Assembly (NCBI GenBank): GCA_963749495.1
Contig: CAVVMW010000019.1
Location: 192,001-256,000, forward strand
Direction of reading: 5' to 3'
Length of the DNA: 64,000 nt
Source of the DNA: an uncultured bacterium
Lineage (GTDB): Bacteria > Verrucomicrobiota > Verrucomicrobiia > Limisphaerales > UBA8199
The notes under the pieces are model-generated. The model did no database searches, had not been told where the DNA came from, and saw nothing but the letters and a program-made list of their open reading frames with translations. The translations under genes and the position numbers were made by a program. This document shows positions 30,333-41,464 of this stretch, piece after piece; position 1 is the first letter of the stretch; every line of letters starts with the position of its first letter.

Positions 30333-31220
30333 ATGTGCGACTCGATTCACGCCGTGCCCGGAAAAGAGCCCCCTCTTGTTTCGGTGCTCGTGCCCACGCT
30401 CAATCGCGGGCCTTACCTGGAACGGTGCCTGCGCAGCATTCTCGACCAGACCTATCGGCGCCTGGAGTGCCTGGTCATGGACGGCGGCTCCCGGGACGAT
30501 TCGGTGGCCATTCTCAAGCGCCTGGCCGCCGCCGACCCGCGCCTGCGCTTTATCTCGGAGCCGGACCCGGGGGAGGTCTGGGCCACCAACAAGGGGCTCG
30601 ATTTGGTCCAGGGCCAAATCGTCGGCATTCAGGCCAGCGATGATTTCTATGTGCCGGATGCGGTCGAAAAGTCGGTCCAATTCCTGCTGGCCCATCCCGA
30701 GTACGTGGGGGTGGGAGCGGATGCGATCTACGTGGATGCGTCCGGCAAGCCGTTGGGGCGGGGCGCGATCACCTACCGGGGCGAACTCAGCGCAAGAAGG
30801 CTCAAGCGGATTCTGGTCCTGCGCTACTTTGTCTGTCCGGTGATTCACGGGACCTTCTTCGGCTGGCGCGAGCGGCTGCGCCGCTACGGCAAGTTCGACC
30901 CCCAATTCTCGTTCTGCCCGGATGTCGAGTTCTATCTGCGCGTGCTCGCCGGCGGCGACCGCATCGGCTGCCTGCCTCGCGTGCACACCTATTACACCGC
31001 GCACCCGGACATGGGGGCCGTGAAGCACTACCATCGCGTTCGGGAGCAACTCAACCGGCTCTATGCCCGGCACGGCCTGCGCTGGCACCACCACGTCCTG
31101 CGCCTGACGCTGGGCCGCGCCGTCTCTTACTTCGGCAACCCGATGCGAACCCCGCTCCTGCCCGGCCTTGTCCAGGAAGCCCGTCAGTTCTGGACCATGC
31201 GGGTGCGGGGTAAACGGTAG
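30333..31220 (+). CDS. Family 2 glycosyltransferase
   Basis: VSVLVPTLN, DGGSRD, QASDD. Confidence 0.92.
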   Translation: MCDSIHAVPGKEPPLVSVLVPTLNRGPYLERCLRSILDQTYRRLECLVMDGGSRDDSVAILKRLAAADPRLRFISEPDPGEVWATNKGLDLVQGQIVGIQASDDFYVPDAVEKSVQFLLAHPEYVGVGADAIYVDASGKPLGRGAITYRGELSARRLKRILVLRYFVCPVIHGTFFGWRERLRRYGKFDPQFSFCPDVEFYLRVLAGGDRIGCLPRVHTYYTAHPDMGAVKHYHRVREQLNRLYARHGLRWHHHVLRLTLGRAVSYFGNPMRTPLLPGLVQEARQFWTMRVRGKR

Positions 31221-31231
31221 GACGGCGTCTG

Positions 31232-31682
31232 GCACCGCGTAGCGGTGCTTGATGGTAGCCGTGGACTTCAGTCCACAGATCCACGGACCCCTGGTGCTCC
31301 GCAACCCGGAGGGTTGCCAGAAGGTAGCCGGGGGTCGCGGCCTCGCCGCGACCCCCGGTTCACGGTCCGAAGGGTCCTGCACCCCGGAACGGGGTGCCAG
31401 AAGACCGCGCGGCGTGCGGGTGCGTCTGGCATCCCTCCGGGATGCAAACGCGCTTCGCTGCTTGACCGGGGGTCTCGCTGCGCTTCGACCCCCGGCTACC
31501 TTCTCTCATCCCTCCGGGATGAAAATGGGGAAAGGGCCAGTCCTAGAAAAATGCGTGTTTCTTCCGAGCCCCGAACCGTGGACCGAGGTCCACGGCTACC
31601 GTCACTGCGTCGCTACGCAACGCCTCCGAGGCCCCGCCGTGGACCGAGGTCCACGGCTACCCTCACTGCGTCGCTACGCGAC
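31232..31682. repeat. Nested repeat cluster: family B REPIN (31301-31523) inside inverted/tandem GTGGAC..GTCCACGGCTACC units
   Basis: GGTAGCCGTGGACTTCAGTCCAC (left); two tandem CCGTGGACCGAGGTCCACGGCTACC..CGTCGCTACGC units at 31576 and 31637. Confidence 0.85.
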
Positions 31683-32850
31683 GCCCCGCCGCGCACACGC
31701 TCTGCAGAACCTCCAACTCCTGGGCCGCGAAGACGCGATAGTCGTAACGGCGGACAAATTCCTGGCCTTGGCGGCCGCGGCGCTGGGTCAGGTCTTCATC
31801 TCCCAGGAGGCGGAGGATTTGGCCGGCGGCGCCGGCCATGTCGCCCAGGGGCACCATCTCGAAGCAGCCGGGGAAGACCTCGCGAAAGACCGGCAGGTCG
31901 TAGGCAACCACCGGCAGCCCGGCGGCCAGGAACTCGGTCACCGACAATCCCCAGCCTTCCTCGTAAGAGAGGCTCAGCCCCACCCGGGCTTTCTTTAAAA
32001 ACACGTTCTTCTCCGCCTCGCCGATTCCCCCCGTGAAAAGCGCGGACCGGCTCAAACCCAGGTCCTGGAACATCCGCTGGCTCTCCAGACGGTGAGGCCC
32101 TTCCCCGATGACGACAACGCGCGCCTTGGGCCGCTGCCGGACGACCTGCTGCCAGACCTTGGGCAGTTCGAGCACGCCTTTGTGGTGGTGCATGCGGCCC
32201 AGAAACACCGCGTCGAACTCCTTGGGTTGCGCCGGCCATCGGATGAGCGCCTCCACATCAATGCCATCGCCGATCGGGATCGTTGGCGTCGGTTTGAGGC
32301 CGCACAACTCATCGAGTCTGCGCAACTCCTGGGCTATGCCCGGGTTGCCGCAAAAGACAACGTCGGCGTGGCGGTTGATGAGCCTGGCGCTGACGCGCTC
32401 GGCGGCCAGGAACATGCGGTCCCAGGCGCTGCGCCGCCCCGGCTGGAACTGGAGGACGTGGTGCACCTTGAGCGCCAGCTTGGCTCGCTGCCGCCGGGCC
32501 AGGACCATCGCGGTATAGACCTCGACCACGAACTGGCCGGTGGCATAGACCAGGTCGTAGCGCTCCGGCAGGCGCGTCCAGTGGCAGGTGGCCATGCGCC
32601 AGAAATAGCCCGGGAAATAGAGCCAGGTCCTGGCCAGGTAGTTGGTGGCATTGAAGATGCGGTCGCTGGCGATGAGCCGGGACGCGGCCGGGGCCTGGGC
32701 GCGCAATGGGGGAAACCCGGCCTTGGCCAGCAGGAAGTCCGCCTGGTGCCCCTGCGCCATCCAGTAGGCGGCCTGCATGGCATAGAGGCGCATCACACCC
32801 GAGACGGACTTTGAATCCATCTGGGTGTTCAGCACGATCAGTATCTTCAT
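31663..32850 (-). CDS. Family 4 glycosyltransferase
   Basis: FLGRMHHHKG; SYEEGWGLSVTEFLAAGLPVV; start MKILIV at 32850. Confidence 0.9.
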   Translation of the reverse strand: MKILIVLNTQMDSKSVSGVMRLYAMQAAYWMAQGHQADFLLAKAGFPPLRAQAPAASRLIASDRIFNATNYLARTWLYFPGYFWRMATCHWTRLPERYDLVYATGQFVVEVYTAMVLARRQRAKLALKVHHVLQFQPGRRSAWDRMFLAAERVSARLINRHADVVFCGNPGIAQELRRLDELCGLKPTPTIPIGDGIDVEALIRWPAQPKEFDAVFLGRMHHHKGVLELPKVWQQVVRQRPKARVVVIGEGPHRLESQRMFQDLGLSRSALFTGGIGEAEKNVFLKKARVGLSLSYEEGWGLSVTEFLAAGLPVVAYDLPVFREVFPGCFEMVPLGDMAGAAGQILRLLGDEDLTQRRGRQGQEFVRRYDYRVFAAQELEVLQSVCAAGRRVATQ

Positions 32851-32861
32851 CCCGCCCCGGC

Positions 32862-33824
32862 TCACGCGGCGCGGCAGGCGGCGACCTGTTGCGCGACCCA
32901 AGGATAAGTGCGCTCGATGCCGGCGCGGAGGTCGAAGCGCGACCGCCAGCCGATCGAGTAAATCCGCTGGTTGCTGAAATTGCGGGACGCCACGCCCACG
33001 GGGCCGGCCACCGGCTTGATCACAATCCGCTTGCCGGCCACGGCGGCGACCGTCTCCACCAACTCCGTCACCGTCACGTATTGCGGGCAGCCGATGTTGA
33101 CCGCGCCCTCCAAATCCGAGTGCATGAGCCGAAAGATGCCGTCCACCATGTCCTCCACGTAAGTGTAAGACCGCACGGCCCTGCCGTCGCCCCACATCTC
33201 GACGATTCCCCCCTCCGGCGCCTCCGCCACCTTGCGGCAGATCGCGGCGGGGGCTTTCTCCCTTCCGCCCCGCCAGGTCCCGTCCGGCCCGTAGCAATTC
33301 TGGAACCGCGCAATGCGCACCTTCATCCTGTAGCGCCGGCCGTAGGCCATCGCCAATCGCTCCGAATAGAGTTTCTCCCATCCGTACTCGTTGTCCGGGT
33401 GGGCCGGAACGGCCTGGGCCTCGCTCATCTCGGGCTCGCCCGGCTTCATGTCCCGATAGACACACACCGAGGAAGAATAGAAATACCGTTCCACGCCCAG
33501 CGCCGCCGCGGTGTGGGTCATGTGTACGTTGATCAGCACGCTGTTGTGCATGATCTCGCACTCGGCGGAATGAATGAAGCCCATGCCTCCCATGTCCGCC
33601 GCCAGTTGATAGACCTCGTCGGGCTTGCCGCCGGGCAGGGCCAGCGCCTCCTGGCAGTTCTTCTCCTGGCGCAAGTCCAGCACGCGAAAATCGTCCGCCG
33701 CGCTGGGCGCGAACTCAGGGCGCTTGAGATCGACGCCCCGCACCCAGTAGCCTTCGCCTTTGAGGCGCCGGACCAAATGGCCCCCGATGAAACCGCCCGC
33801 TCCGCACACGACCGCGCTCTTCAT
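32862..33824 (-). CDS. NAD-dependent epimerase, GDP-mannose 3,5-epimerase-like
   Basis: GAGGFIG, QLAADMGGMGFI, YGWEK, EKAPAAICRKV. Confidence 0.9.
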   Translation of the reverse strand: MKSAVVCGAGGFIGGHLVRRLKGEGYWVRGVDLKRPEFAPSAADDFRVLDLRQEKNCQEALALPGGKPDEVYQLAADMGGMGFIHSAECEIMHNSVLINVHMTHTAAALGVERYFYSSSVCVYRDMKPGEPEMSEAQAVPAHPDNEYGWEKLYSERLAMAYGRRYRMKVRIARFQNCYGPDGTWRGGREKAPAAICRKVAEAPEGGIVEMWGDGRAVRSYTYVEDMVDGIFRLMHSDLEGAVNIGCPQYVTVTELVETVAAVAGKRIVIKPVAGPVGVASRNFSNQRIYSIGWRSRFDLRAGIERTYPWVAQQVAACRAA

Positions 33825-34067
33825 GCCGTTCCCATTCTTTGTTGCTCTCGACGAACTCATCGAGTGCGGCTTATTACACAGAAACGATCCCGGTGTCAAT
33901 CGGAACTCAGGCCGTCATGTAGTGCCCCAGTGAGGGCAGGGGCGGCACCGGAAAGGCGTCGCCCAACGCGAAGCGTTTTGGACTGCCGCAGTCCAAAACC
34001 TTCGGGCTTGGGGCCGGTTCATCGAGAGTGGTCTGCCCGCCGTGTCGCCCCCACCTTCACCGAGGCC

Positions 34068-35082
34068 TTACGCCGTCATCCGCGTCTGCCCCAGGCGATG
34101 CCGGGCGAGCATCTCGATATCGGCCTGGACCATGAGTTTGACCAGGTCCGGGAACTTGGTTCTGGGTTCCCAGCCCAGTTCGCGCCGGGCCTTGCCGCAA
34201 TCGCCCACGAGCACGTCCACTTCGGCGGGCCGATAGTAGTGCGGGTTCGATCTCGACGTATTTTTGCCAGTCCAGGCCGGCATGGCGGAAGGCGGCGTCG
34301 AGAAACTCCCGCACCGAATGGGTCTCCCCGGTGGCGATGACGTAATCGTCCGGGCGCTCGGCCTGGAGCATGAGCCACATGGCCTCGACGTACTCTTTGG
34401 CGTAGCCCCAGTCGCGCCGGGCATCCAGGTTGCCCAAGAAGAGCTTGTCCTGCAATCCGGCCTTGATGTGCGCCACGGCCCGCGTGATCTTGCGCGTGAC
34501 AAAGGTCTCGCCGCGCCGGGGCGACTCGTGGTTGAAGAGAATTCCGTTGCTGGCGTGCAGGCCGTAGGCCTCGCGGTAATTGCGGGTGGCCCAGTAGGCG
34601 AAGACCTTCGCGCAGGCATAGGGGCTGCGCGGATGAAAGGCGGTGCGCTCCGTCTGGGGAACCTCCAGCGCCTTGCCGAACATCTCGCTGGAGGAGGCCT
34701 GATAAAACCGAGGGCGCAGGTTGGTCTCACGGATGGCCTCCAGCAAGCGCACCGTGCCGGTCGCCACGATGTCCGTCGTGTACTCGGGGTTGTCGAAGCT
34801 CACCCGGACGTGGCTCTGAGCGGCCAGGTTGTAAATTTCCTCGGGCTGGATCCGGCCGACCAGCAGCGCCAGCGCGCTGGCATCCGCCAGGTCCCCGTAG
34901 TGCAGGAACAAATGGGTCCGCGCTGAATGCGGGTCGCTATAGATGGCGTCGATGCGCCCGGTGTTGAACGTGCTGGCGCGCCGGATGAGGCCGTGCACCT
35001 CGTAGCCCTTCGATAAGAGCAACTCCGCCAGGTAGGAGCCGTCCTGTCCCGTAATCCCCGTAATCAGTGCTTTTTTCATCAT
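34068..35082 (-). CDS. gmd: GDP-mannose 4,6-dehydratase; frameshift near 34245
   Basis: [50 protein letters not shown]. Confidence 0.95.
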
Positions 35083-35273
35083 ACTGGATCGCGCCAGCAT
35101 CCTAGAAAGCGCGGTTTGGGCGCATCGATCAAGCCCAAATTCCGAAAAGGGCTTGCAATTCCTCCGCAGAGAACTACGTTCGACTGGACGGTTGGTTAGT
35201 TTTCATCTGGTTGCCCGGTTCGACCGGGCGCGAGAGCGCATTGCCCGGGTTGGACAAAGCCCCCGACAACGCC

Positions 35274-35702
35274 ATGAAGCCGGTCCTGTATGCCGAAGAC
35301 GATGTTGACGATGTTTTCTTCCTGCGCTACGCCTGGGAACTGGCCCAAGTGCCGCACCCGCTCATTGACGTTAGGAACGGCCAGCAGGCTCTGGATTATT
35401 TGGACGGCCAGGGGCGCTATGCCGATCGGCAGCAGCACCCGCTCCCTTGCCTGGTCCTGCTGGACTTGAATATGCCCGGCAAAAGCGGCTTTGAAGTGCT
35501 CCGCTGGATCCGCCAACATCCCCGCCTTCAATCGCTCAAGGTCGTGGTGGTGTCGGGTTCCAACCAGGAAACCGACATCGAAACCGCGCAACGCCTCGGC
35601 GCCACCGATTACCTCGTTAAACCCTCCGACCCGAGCCGCCTGCTGGAAATCATTCAGGAGAAAAAGGGCCTCTGGCTGCCAAACGATCCCAGTGCGGAGT
35701 GA
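35274..35702 (+). CDS. Single-domain response regulator
   Basis: YAEDD, LLDLNMP, YLVKP. Confidence 0.92.
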   Translation: MKPVLYAEDDVDDVFFLRYAWELAQVPHPLIDVRNGQQALDYLDGQGRYADRQQHPLPCLVLLDLNMPGKSGFEVLRWIRQHPRLQSLKVVVVSGSNQETDIETAQRLGATDYLVKPSDPSRLLEIIQEKKGLWLPNDPSAE

Positions 35703-35785
35703 TCTGAGTGCGGAGTGCGGAGTGCGGAGTGACACGCGCCGGAATCGTCAAGGACTCCGCAACTGCCCACTCCGCACTCCGCACT
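35691..35785. repeat. Inverted (AGTGCGG)n/(CACTCCG)n heptamer pair
   Basis: Arrays at 35691-35731 and 35754-35785; overlaps the regulator stop codon. Confidence 0.85.
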
Positions 35786-35971
35786 GAGGTGGGTCCGGAG
35801 CGGGAAGCCCAAAGGCCGAAGGCCTGATGATTCCAGAACTTCCGACATGGCCCCGTAGTTTTTCGCCATCTTTGGGCATATTCCACCTGGACGACCGTGA
35901 TGGTGGGGGGCGAACCCAAACCAGTTCGCTTTTTTTGACCGGCGGTGTGGGTCACGCGCGCATCGCGGCGG

Positions 35972-36710
35972 TGCGCCGGGCGCCATCCCGAAGGGATGGC
36001 AATCACTCAGCCCAGGGTTGCCCCGCCCTTTCGCAAGATGGGCGGGGCTACCCTGGGTCACGCGCCCGTGACGAACTACCCTGAAAGGGTTGCATCGCGC
36101 ACGCATTCGCTGCATTCTCCTTTGATGTCTCAGTCGCTGGCCAAAATCCTCGTCCACACGGTTTTCTCGACCAAAGAGCGCCGGCCTTTCCTTCGGGATG
36201 CAGCGTTGCGCGAGGAGTTGCACCGCTACCTTGGCGGCATTCTCAATCACCTGGATTGCCAACCGGTCATCGTCGGCGGCATCGAAGATCACGTGCATCT
36301 GCTGTCTAGCCTCTCACGCACCTGCCAGGTCGCCGAAATGGTCAAGGAACTCAAGCGAGGTTCCTCGCTCTGGATCAAGGAGCGCGCCCGGACGATGAGC
36401 GATTTTGCCTGGCAGAACGGGTATGGGATCTTCTCGGTCAGCCTATCGCGAATCGAGGCGGTGCAACGCTATATCGCCGAGCAGGCGCAACGCCATCGCA
36501 AACTCTCGTTCCAGGACGAGTTCAGGCAACTGCTCAAGCGCCATCGAATTGCTTACGACGAGCGATACCTGTGGGATTGAAGTGGGGGTTGCGCCCCGGC
36601 GCTGCAACCCTTTCAGGGTAGTTCGTCCCGGGCGCCTGACCCAGGGTAGCGCGTGCCGCGCAACCCTGGGCTGAGTGATTGCCATCCCTTCGGGATGGTC
36701 GCCCGGCGCA
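35972..36710. mobile_element. Y1 transposase flanked by about 110-120-bp inverted multi-hairpin REP arms (REPtron-like)
   Basis: Left arm 35972-36094 and right arm 36603-36710 are inverted copies (CCATCCCGAAGGGATGGCAATCACTCAGCCCAGGGTTGC..ACCCTGAAAGGGTTGCA). Confidence 0.88.
36125..36580 (+). CDS. tnpA: IS200/IS605-family HUH (Y1) transposase, RAYT-like
   Basis: HTVFSTKER, EDHVHLL (HUH), FAWQNGY, RYIAEQ. Confidence 0.95.
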   Translation: MSQSLAKILVHTVFSTKERRPFLRDAALREELHRYLGGILNHLDCQPVIVGGIEDHVHLLSSLSRTCQVAEMVKELKRGSSLWIKERARTMSDFAWQNGYGIFSVSLSRIEAVQRYIAEQAQRHRKLSFQDEFRQLLKRHRIAYDERYLWD

Positions 36711-36837
36711 TCGTCGGCCAACTGAGTTGCTTCCTTCTCCCGGCGCAAACGGCGACTGATTTGCTGTCGCACCCGGCAAGTGACTTATGCGCGTTCCCTG
36801 ATTGCTTCCTGGTTTGGGCGGACTAAACTGCTGCTCC

Positions 36838-39429
36838 ATGAAACGAGTTTTCTTTGGCGCACCACGAGTCGTGACCGCAGCGTTGTTCTGCGGCCTTCTG
36901 TTGAGTCTGGCCGGTGCCGTTGGCATTGTGACTGCCCAACCGGCGTTCCGGCCGCCGGCGGTGCCGCTGGTAACCAGCGACCCGTATTTGAGCATTTGGT
37001 GTGAAGCGGACCACTTGACAGACGCCCCGACGCGCCATTGGACGCGGCGCGAACACTCGCTGGTGAGCCTGGTTCGCGTGGACGGCCGGGCCTGCCGGCT
37101 GATGGGCAAAGAGCCCGCGGACGCGCCGGCGCTGCCACAGGTCGGGCTGGAGGTCAAGCCGACCCGCACGCTCTACCATTTCGAGGACGGGCGCGTCCAG
37201 GTCACCCTGACCTTCATGACGCCCGCTTTGCCCAACGACCTGGAGGCAATGGCCCTGCCCTTGAGTTTCATCAACTGGACCGTGCGTTCTACGGATGGAA
37301 AGGACCATGCCGTCGCGCTCTACTACAGCACCAGTTCGCAGCTTGCGGTCAACAATAGCAGCGAGAAGGTGGAATGGGCGCGGGAGACGGCGGGCGATTT
37401 GACGGCCCTGCGAGTGGGGACCCAGGAACAGCCGATCCTCGGCTCGAGCGGTGACGACCATCGGATCAACTGGGGGTATGCCTACAGCGCCGCACTGACC
37501 AGCCAGGCCAAGGCGGTCGTCGGTGCGCACCGGGACCTGGTTGAGGCCTTTGTGGTGCGCGGAGAACTCCCGTCCCAGGACGACACCCGCATCCCGCGGG
37601 CGGTCAGCGACAATCAGCCCGTGATGGCTTTCGCCTTCGATCTCGGGCAGGTAACCGCCACGCCAGTCACCCGCCAGGTTATCGTGGCCTACGATGAGGT
37701 TTACGCGATCAAGTACTTTGGCCAAAAGCTGCGGCCTTACTGGAGGCGGAACGGGGCCACGCCGGCCCAGATGCTCCAGAAGGCGGCAGGCGATTACGAG
37801 CAACTCTTGAAACGCTGCACCGAGTTCGATGAGCAACTCGAGGCGGACGCCCGCAAAGCGGGCGGCGAGAAGTACGCTCTCATGTGCGCCCTGGCGTATC
37901 GCGAATGCGCCGCCGCGTGCGGCCTGGCGGCCGATGCCAACAAACAGCCGCTCTTTTTCACCAAAGAGAACACCAGCAACGGCGACATCGCCACGGTCGA
38001 TGTGATTTTCCCCATGGCGCCGCAGTGGATACTGTTGAGTCCAACCCTGGCCAAGGCCTCGATTGTGCCGATCCTCAGCTATGCCTCCTCGTGGCACTGG
38101 AAGTTCCCCAACGCGCCCCATGACCTGGGTACCTACCCGATTGCCCGCGGCACCGACGACGGCGGCGAGGGAATGCCGGTCGAGGAGAGCGGCAACATGC
38201 TCATCCTGTGCGACGCCATCGCTCAGGAGGAAGGCAACGCAGAGTTCGTCGCGCCCTGGTGGCCCAAGCTGACCCAGTGGGCGCAGTACCTGGAGCGGTA
38301 TGGCCTGGACCCGGAAAACCAGCTCTGCACGGATGATTTCATGGGCCACCTCGCGCACAATGCCAATCTCTCGGTAAAGGCCATCCTCGGTCTGGCGGCC
38401 TACGGCGACCTGTGCCGGATGAGAGGCGACCCCGCCAATGCGGAAAAATACTCGAAGCTGGCCAGAACCGATGCCGCACATTGGGTGAGCGTGGCGGCCG
38501 AAGGCGAACACTACCGGCTGGCTTTCGATAAGCCCAATACGTGGAGCCAGAAATATAACCTCGTCTGGGACCGCATCCTGGGCCTGAACGTCTTCCCGCC
38601 GGAAGTGGCGCAAAAGGAGGTTGCCCACTACAAGAGCGTGATGCAGCGCTACGGCGTGCCGCTGGATTCGCGCACCCGCCTCACCAAGACCGACTGGTCA
38701 TTCTGGAGCGCCACCCTGGCGGACAACCAAACCGATTTCGAGGCCCTGATCTCGCCGATTTACGATTACCTGAACCAGACCGCCGCCCGCGACCCGCTGG
38801 CCGATTCCTACGAAACGGACAAGGTGCGAAGCGGCGGCATGCACGCCCGCCCGGTGGTGGGCGGCCTCTTCATCAAGATGCTCGCCGACCGCGCGATGTG
38901 GATGAAGTGGTCCGGCGCGGATCACACCAAGGCAGCCAACTGGGCGCCGCTGCCGGAACCGCCGCAGATTACGGAAGTCGTCCCGACCTCGCGCCAGGCG
39001 CCGGTCACCTGGCATTACACCACCACAAGGCCCGCCCAGGACTGGATCAAAGCGGAGTTCGATGCGTCGGGTTGGAAGGAAGGGCCTGCCGGGTTTGGAA
39101 CGGAAGGCACGCCGGGGGCGGTGGTCAGGACGACATGGAACACGGGGGACATCTGGTTGCGGCGGCAATTCACCATGCCAGAAGTTCCCACCTCCGATCT
39201 CCGGTTCTACGTTTACCACGATGAAGACGTGGAGGTTTACGTCAACGGAGTTTTGGCGGCGTCGGAGAGCGGGTTCACCACCAGCTACGTCCCAGTGGAA
39301 ATCCGGCCCGCTGCTCAAGCAGTGCTCAAGCCGGGGGCCAAGGTCACGCTGGCCGTTCATTGCCATCAGACCGTGGGCGGTCAGGGCATCGATGTGGGCC
39401 TGGCCAATGTCCACGAGGCAGGGCGATAG
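36838..39429 (+). CDS. GtaA-like (DUF5127/DUF4965) secreted enzyme with C-terminal sugar-binding domain
   Basis: RPPAVPLVTSDPYLSIW, KENTSNGDIATVDV, MPVEESGNM, TDDF, WSQKYNLVWD; HDEDVEVYVNG. Confidence 0.88.
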   Translation: MKRVFFGAPRVVTAALFCGLLLSLAGAVGIVTAQPAFRPPAVPLVTSDPYLSIWCEADHLTDAPTRHWTRREHSLVSLVRVDGRACRLMGKEPADAPALPQVGLEVKPTRTLYHFEDGRVQVTLTFMTPALPNDLEAMALPLSFINWTVRSTDGKDHAVALYYSTSSQLAVNNSSEKVEWARETAGDLTALRVGTQEQPILGSSGDDHRINWGYAYSAALTSQAKAVVGAHRDLVEAFVVRGELPSQDDTRIPRAVSDNQPVMAFAFDLGQVTATPVTRQVIVAYDEVYAIKYFGQKLRPYWRRNGATPAQMLQKAAGDYEQLLKRCTEFDEQLEADARKAGGEKYALMCALAYRECAAACGLAADANKQPLFFTKENTSNGDIATVDVIFPMAPQWILLSPTLAKASIVPILSYASSWHWKFPNAPHDLGTYPIARGTDDGGEGMPVEESGNMLILCDAIAQEEGNAEFVAPWWPKLTQWAQYLERYGLDPENQLCTDDFMGHLAHNANLSVKAILGLAAYGDLCRMRGDPANAEKYSKLARTDAAHWVSVAAEGEHYRLAFDKPNTWSQKYNLVWDRILGLNVFPPEVAQKEVAHYKSVMQRYGVPLDSRTRLTKTDWSFWSATLADNQTDFEALISPIYDYLNQTAARDPLADSYETDKVRSGGMHARPVVGGLFIKMLADRAMWMKWSGADHTKAANWAPLPEPPQITEVVPTSRQAPVTWHYTTTRPAQDWIKAEFDASGWKEGPAGFGTEGTPGAVVRTTWNTGDIWLRRQFTMPEVPTSDLRFYVYHDEDVEVYVNGVLAASESGFTTSYVPVEIRPAAQAVLKPGAKVTLAVHCHQTVGGQGIDVGLANVHEAGR

Positions 39430-39436
39430 CAGTGGC

Positions 39437-40261
<825 letters not shown>

Positions 40262-40310
40262 ACTACCCCCCTCACCGGTCAGATGCCAGCCCGATTTGCG
40301 GCTCTTCAAT

Positions 40311-40400
40311 CCTTCGTTGCCTTCGTTGCCTTCTGTTCTTTTCCAGCGTCCCACCGGCTGGGAACAGGAACTAAACAGAAGGAAACCAAGGAAACGAAGA
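40311..40400. repeat. Inverted 9-mer array pair
   Basis: CTTCGTTGCCTTCGTTGCCTTCTGTT / AACAGAAGGAAACCAAGGAAACGAAG. Confidence 0.8.
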
Positions 40401-40441
40401 GGCGGCCCGATGGGCGGCATCGTTGTGGTCCGTGCCAGTTC

Positions 40442-41461
40442 CTACCTGGATTCCTGCTCGACTGCTTGGTAGAAGGCATCCAGGGCGGCGAGGGGCGCGT
40501 CAGGCGGGACATCGCAGCCGGAGGAGAGGACGAAATTCCGGCGGGCGGAGGTCGCGCGGAGCAGGGCGGCGGCCCGAGCGGCGATCTCCGCCGGCGGCAG
40601 TTGGCAGAACACTCCGGCGGGATCCAGGTTGCCGCAGAGCACCACGTCCGGGGCGACTTTGCCCAGGGCGGCCGGGAGATCCATCGGGGCGCCGAAATGG
40701 AAGGTCTTGAGGCCGGTTTCAAGGATAGCCGGCAGGTGCAGCAACCTGGCCCCGCAATTGTGCAGGATAAGGGTGAAGTCTCCGTCGGCCAGAGCGGCGG
40801 CGATTGATTTGATGTAAGCGGAGGAGAAGGCGGCCAGCCCGCGGGGCGAAAGCAGGCCCGCGGCGGGTTCGGCCATGATCAACCCATCAGCGCCCGCGCC
40901 CTTGAACGCGCGGGCATAGGTGATCAGAAATTCCGTGCTCTTCTCGACCAATGTGTGCACCAAGCCCGGTTCGGTGACGGTCAGTTCCATCGCCTCGCTC
41001 ACTCCCGCCAGGCGGGCGGCCAGGGAAAACGGGCCGATGCACTCGCCCAACACCGTCAGCGTATCCGAGAGCTTGCGCAGGCGGCGGACCGTCTCCAAAT
41101 AAACCCCGGTGCGCTTGTCGCCGGGCGCCGGCACCGGCAGGCCCTGCGCCTGCTCCAGGCTGGTCACCCGCCGGCCGGTGACCGTCGGCACTTCGGTTTC
41201 CGACATTTGAATCGCGCAGCCAAAGGCCTCGGCCTCGGCGCTGAGGTCCATCGCCGACAACAGGAAGGGACTGCCATAGCGCTGGTGCAGGGCGGCCTGG
41301 GCTTCCACCTGCGCCTGGGGATTGGTGACGATGTCGCACACGCGCGCGTGCGTCAGCGCCAGGCCCGGATAGGTGGCGATCGGCATCGCCAGCCGCTTCG
41401 CAGAGGCCAGGACCAGGCGGTTAAACGCGTGGGCAGGCCGTTCAACTGTCGGCATAGGCAC
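40442..41461 (-). CDS. UroD/MtaA-family (methylcobamide methyltransferase-like) protein
   Basis: MDLSAEAEAFG, GPFSLA, ILHNCG, GNLDP, LSSGCDVP. Confidence 0.88.
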   Translation of the reverse strand: MPMPTVERPAHAFNRLVLASAKRLAMPIATYPGLALTHARVCDIVTNPQAQVEAQAALHQRYGSPFLLSAMDLSAEAEAFGCAIQMSETEVPTVTGRRVTSLEQAQGLPVPAPGDKRTGVYLETVRRLRKLSDTLTVLGECIGPFSLAARLAGVSEAMELTVTEPGLVHTLVEKSTEFLITYARAFKGAGADGLIMAEPAAGLLSPRGLAAFSSAYIKSIAAALADGDFTLILHNCGARLLHLPAILETGLKTFHFGAPMDLPAALGKVAPDVVLCGNLDPAGVFCQLPPAEIAARAAALLRATSARRNFVLSSGCDVPPDAPLAALDAFYQAVEQESR

Positions 41462-41464
41462 CCT

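Noticed and set aside
31576..31690. CRISPR array
   Set aside because: Only two palindromic units about 61 bp apart, with almost no unique spacer, an inverted relative nearby and no cas genes.
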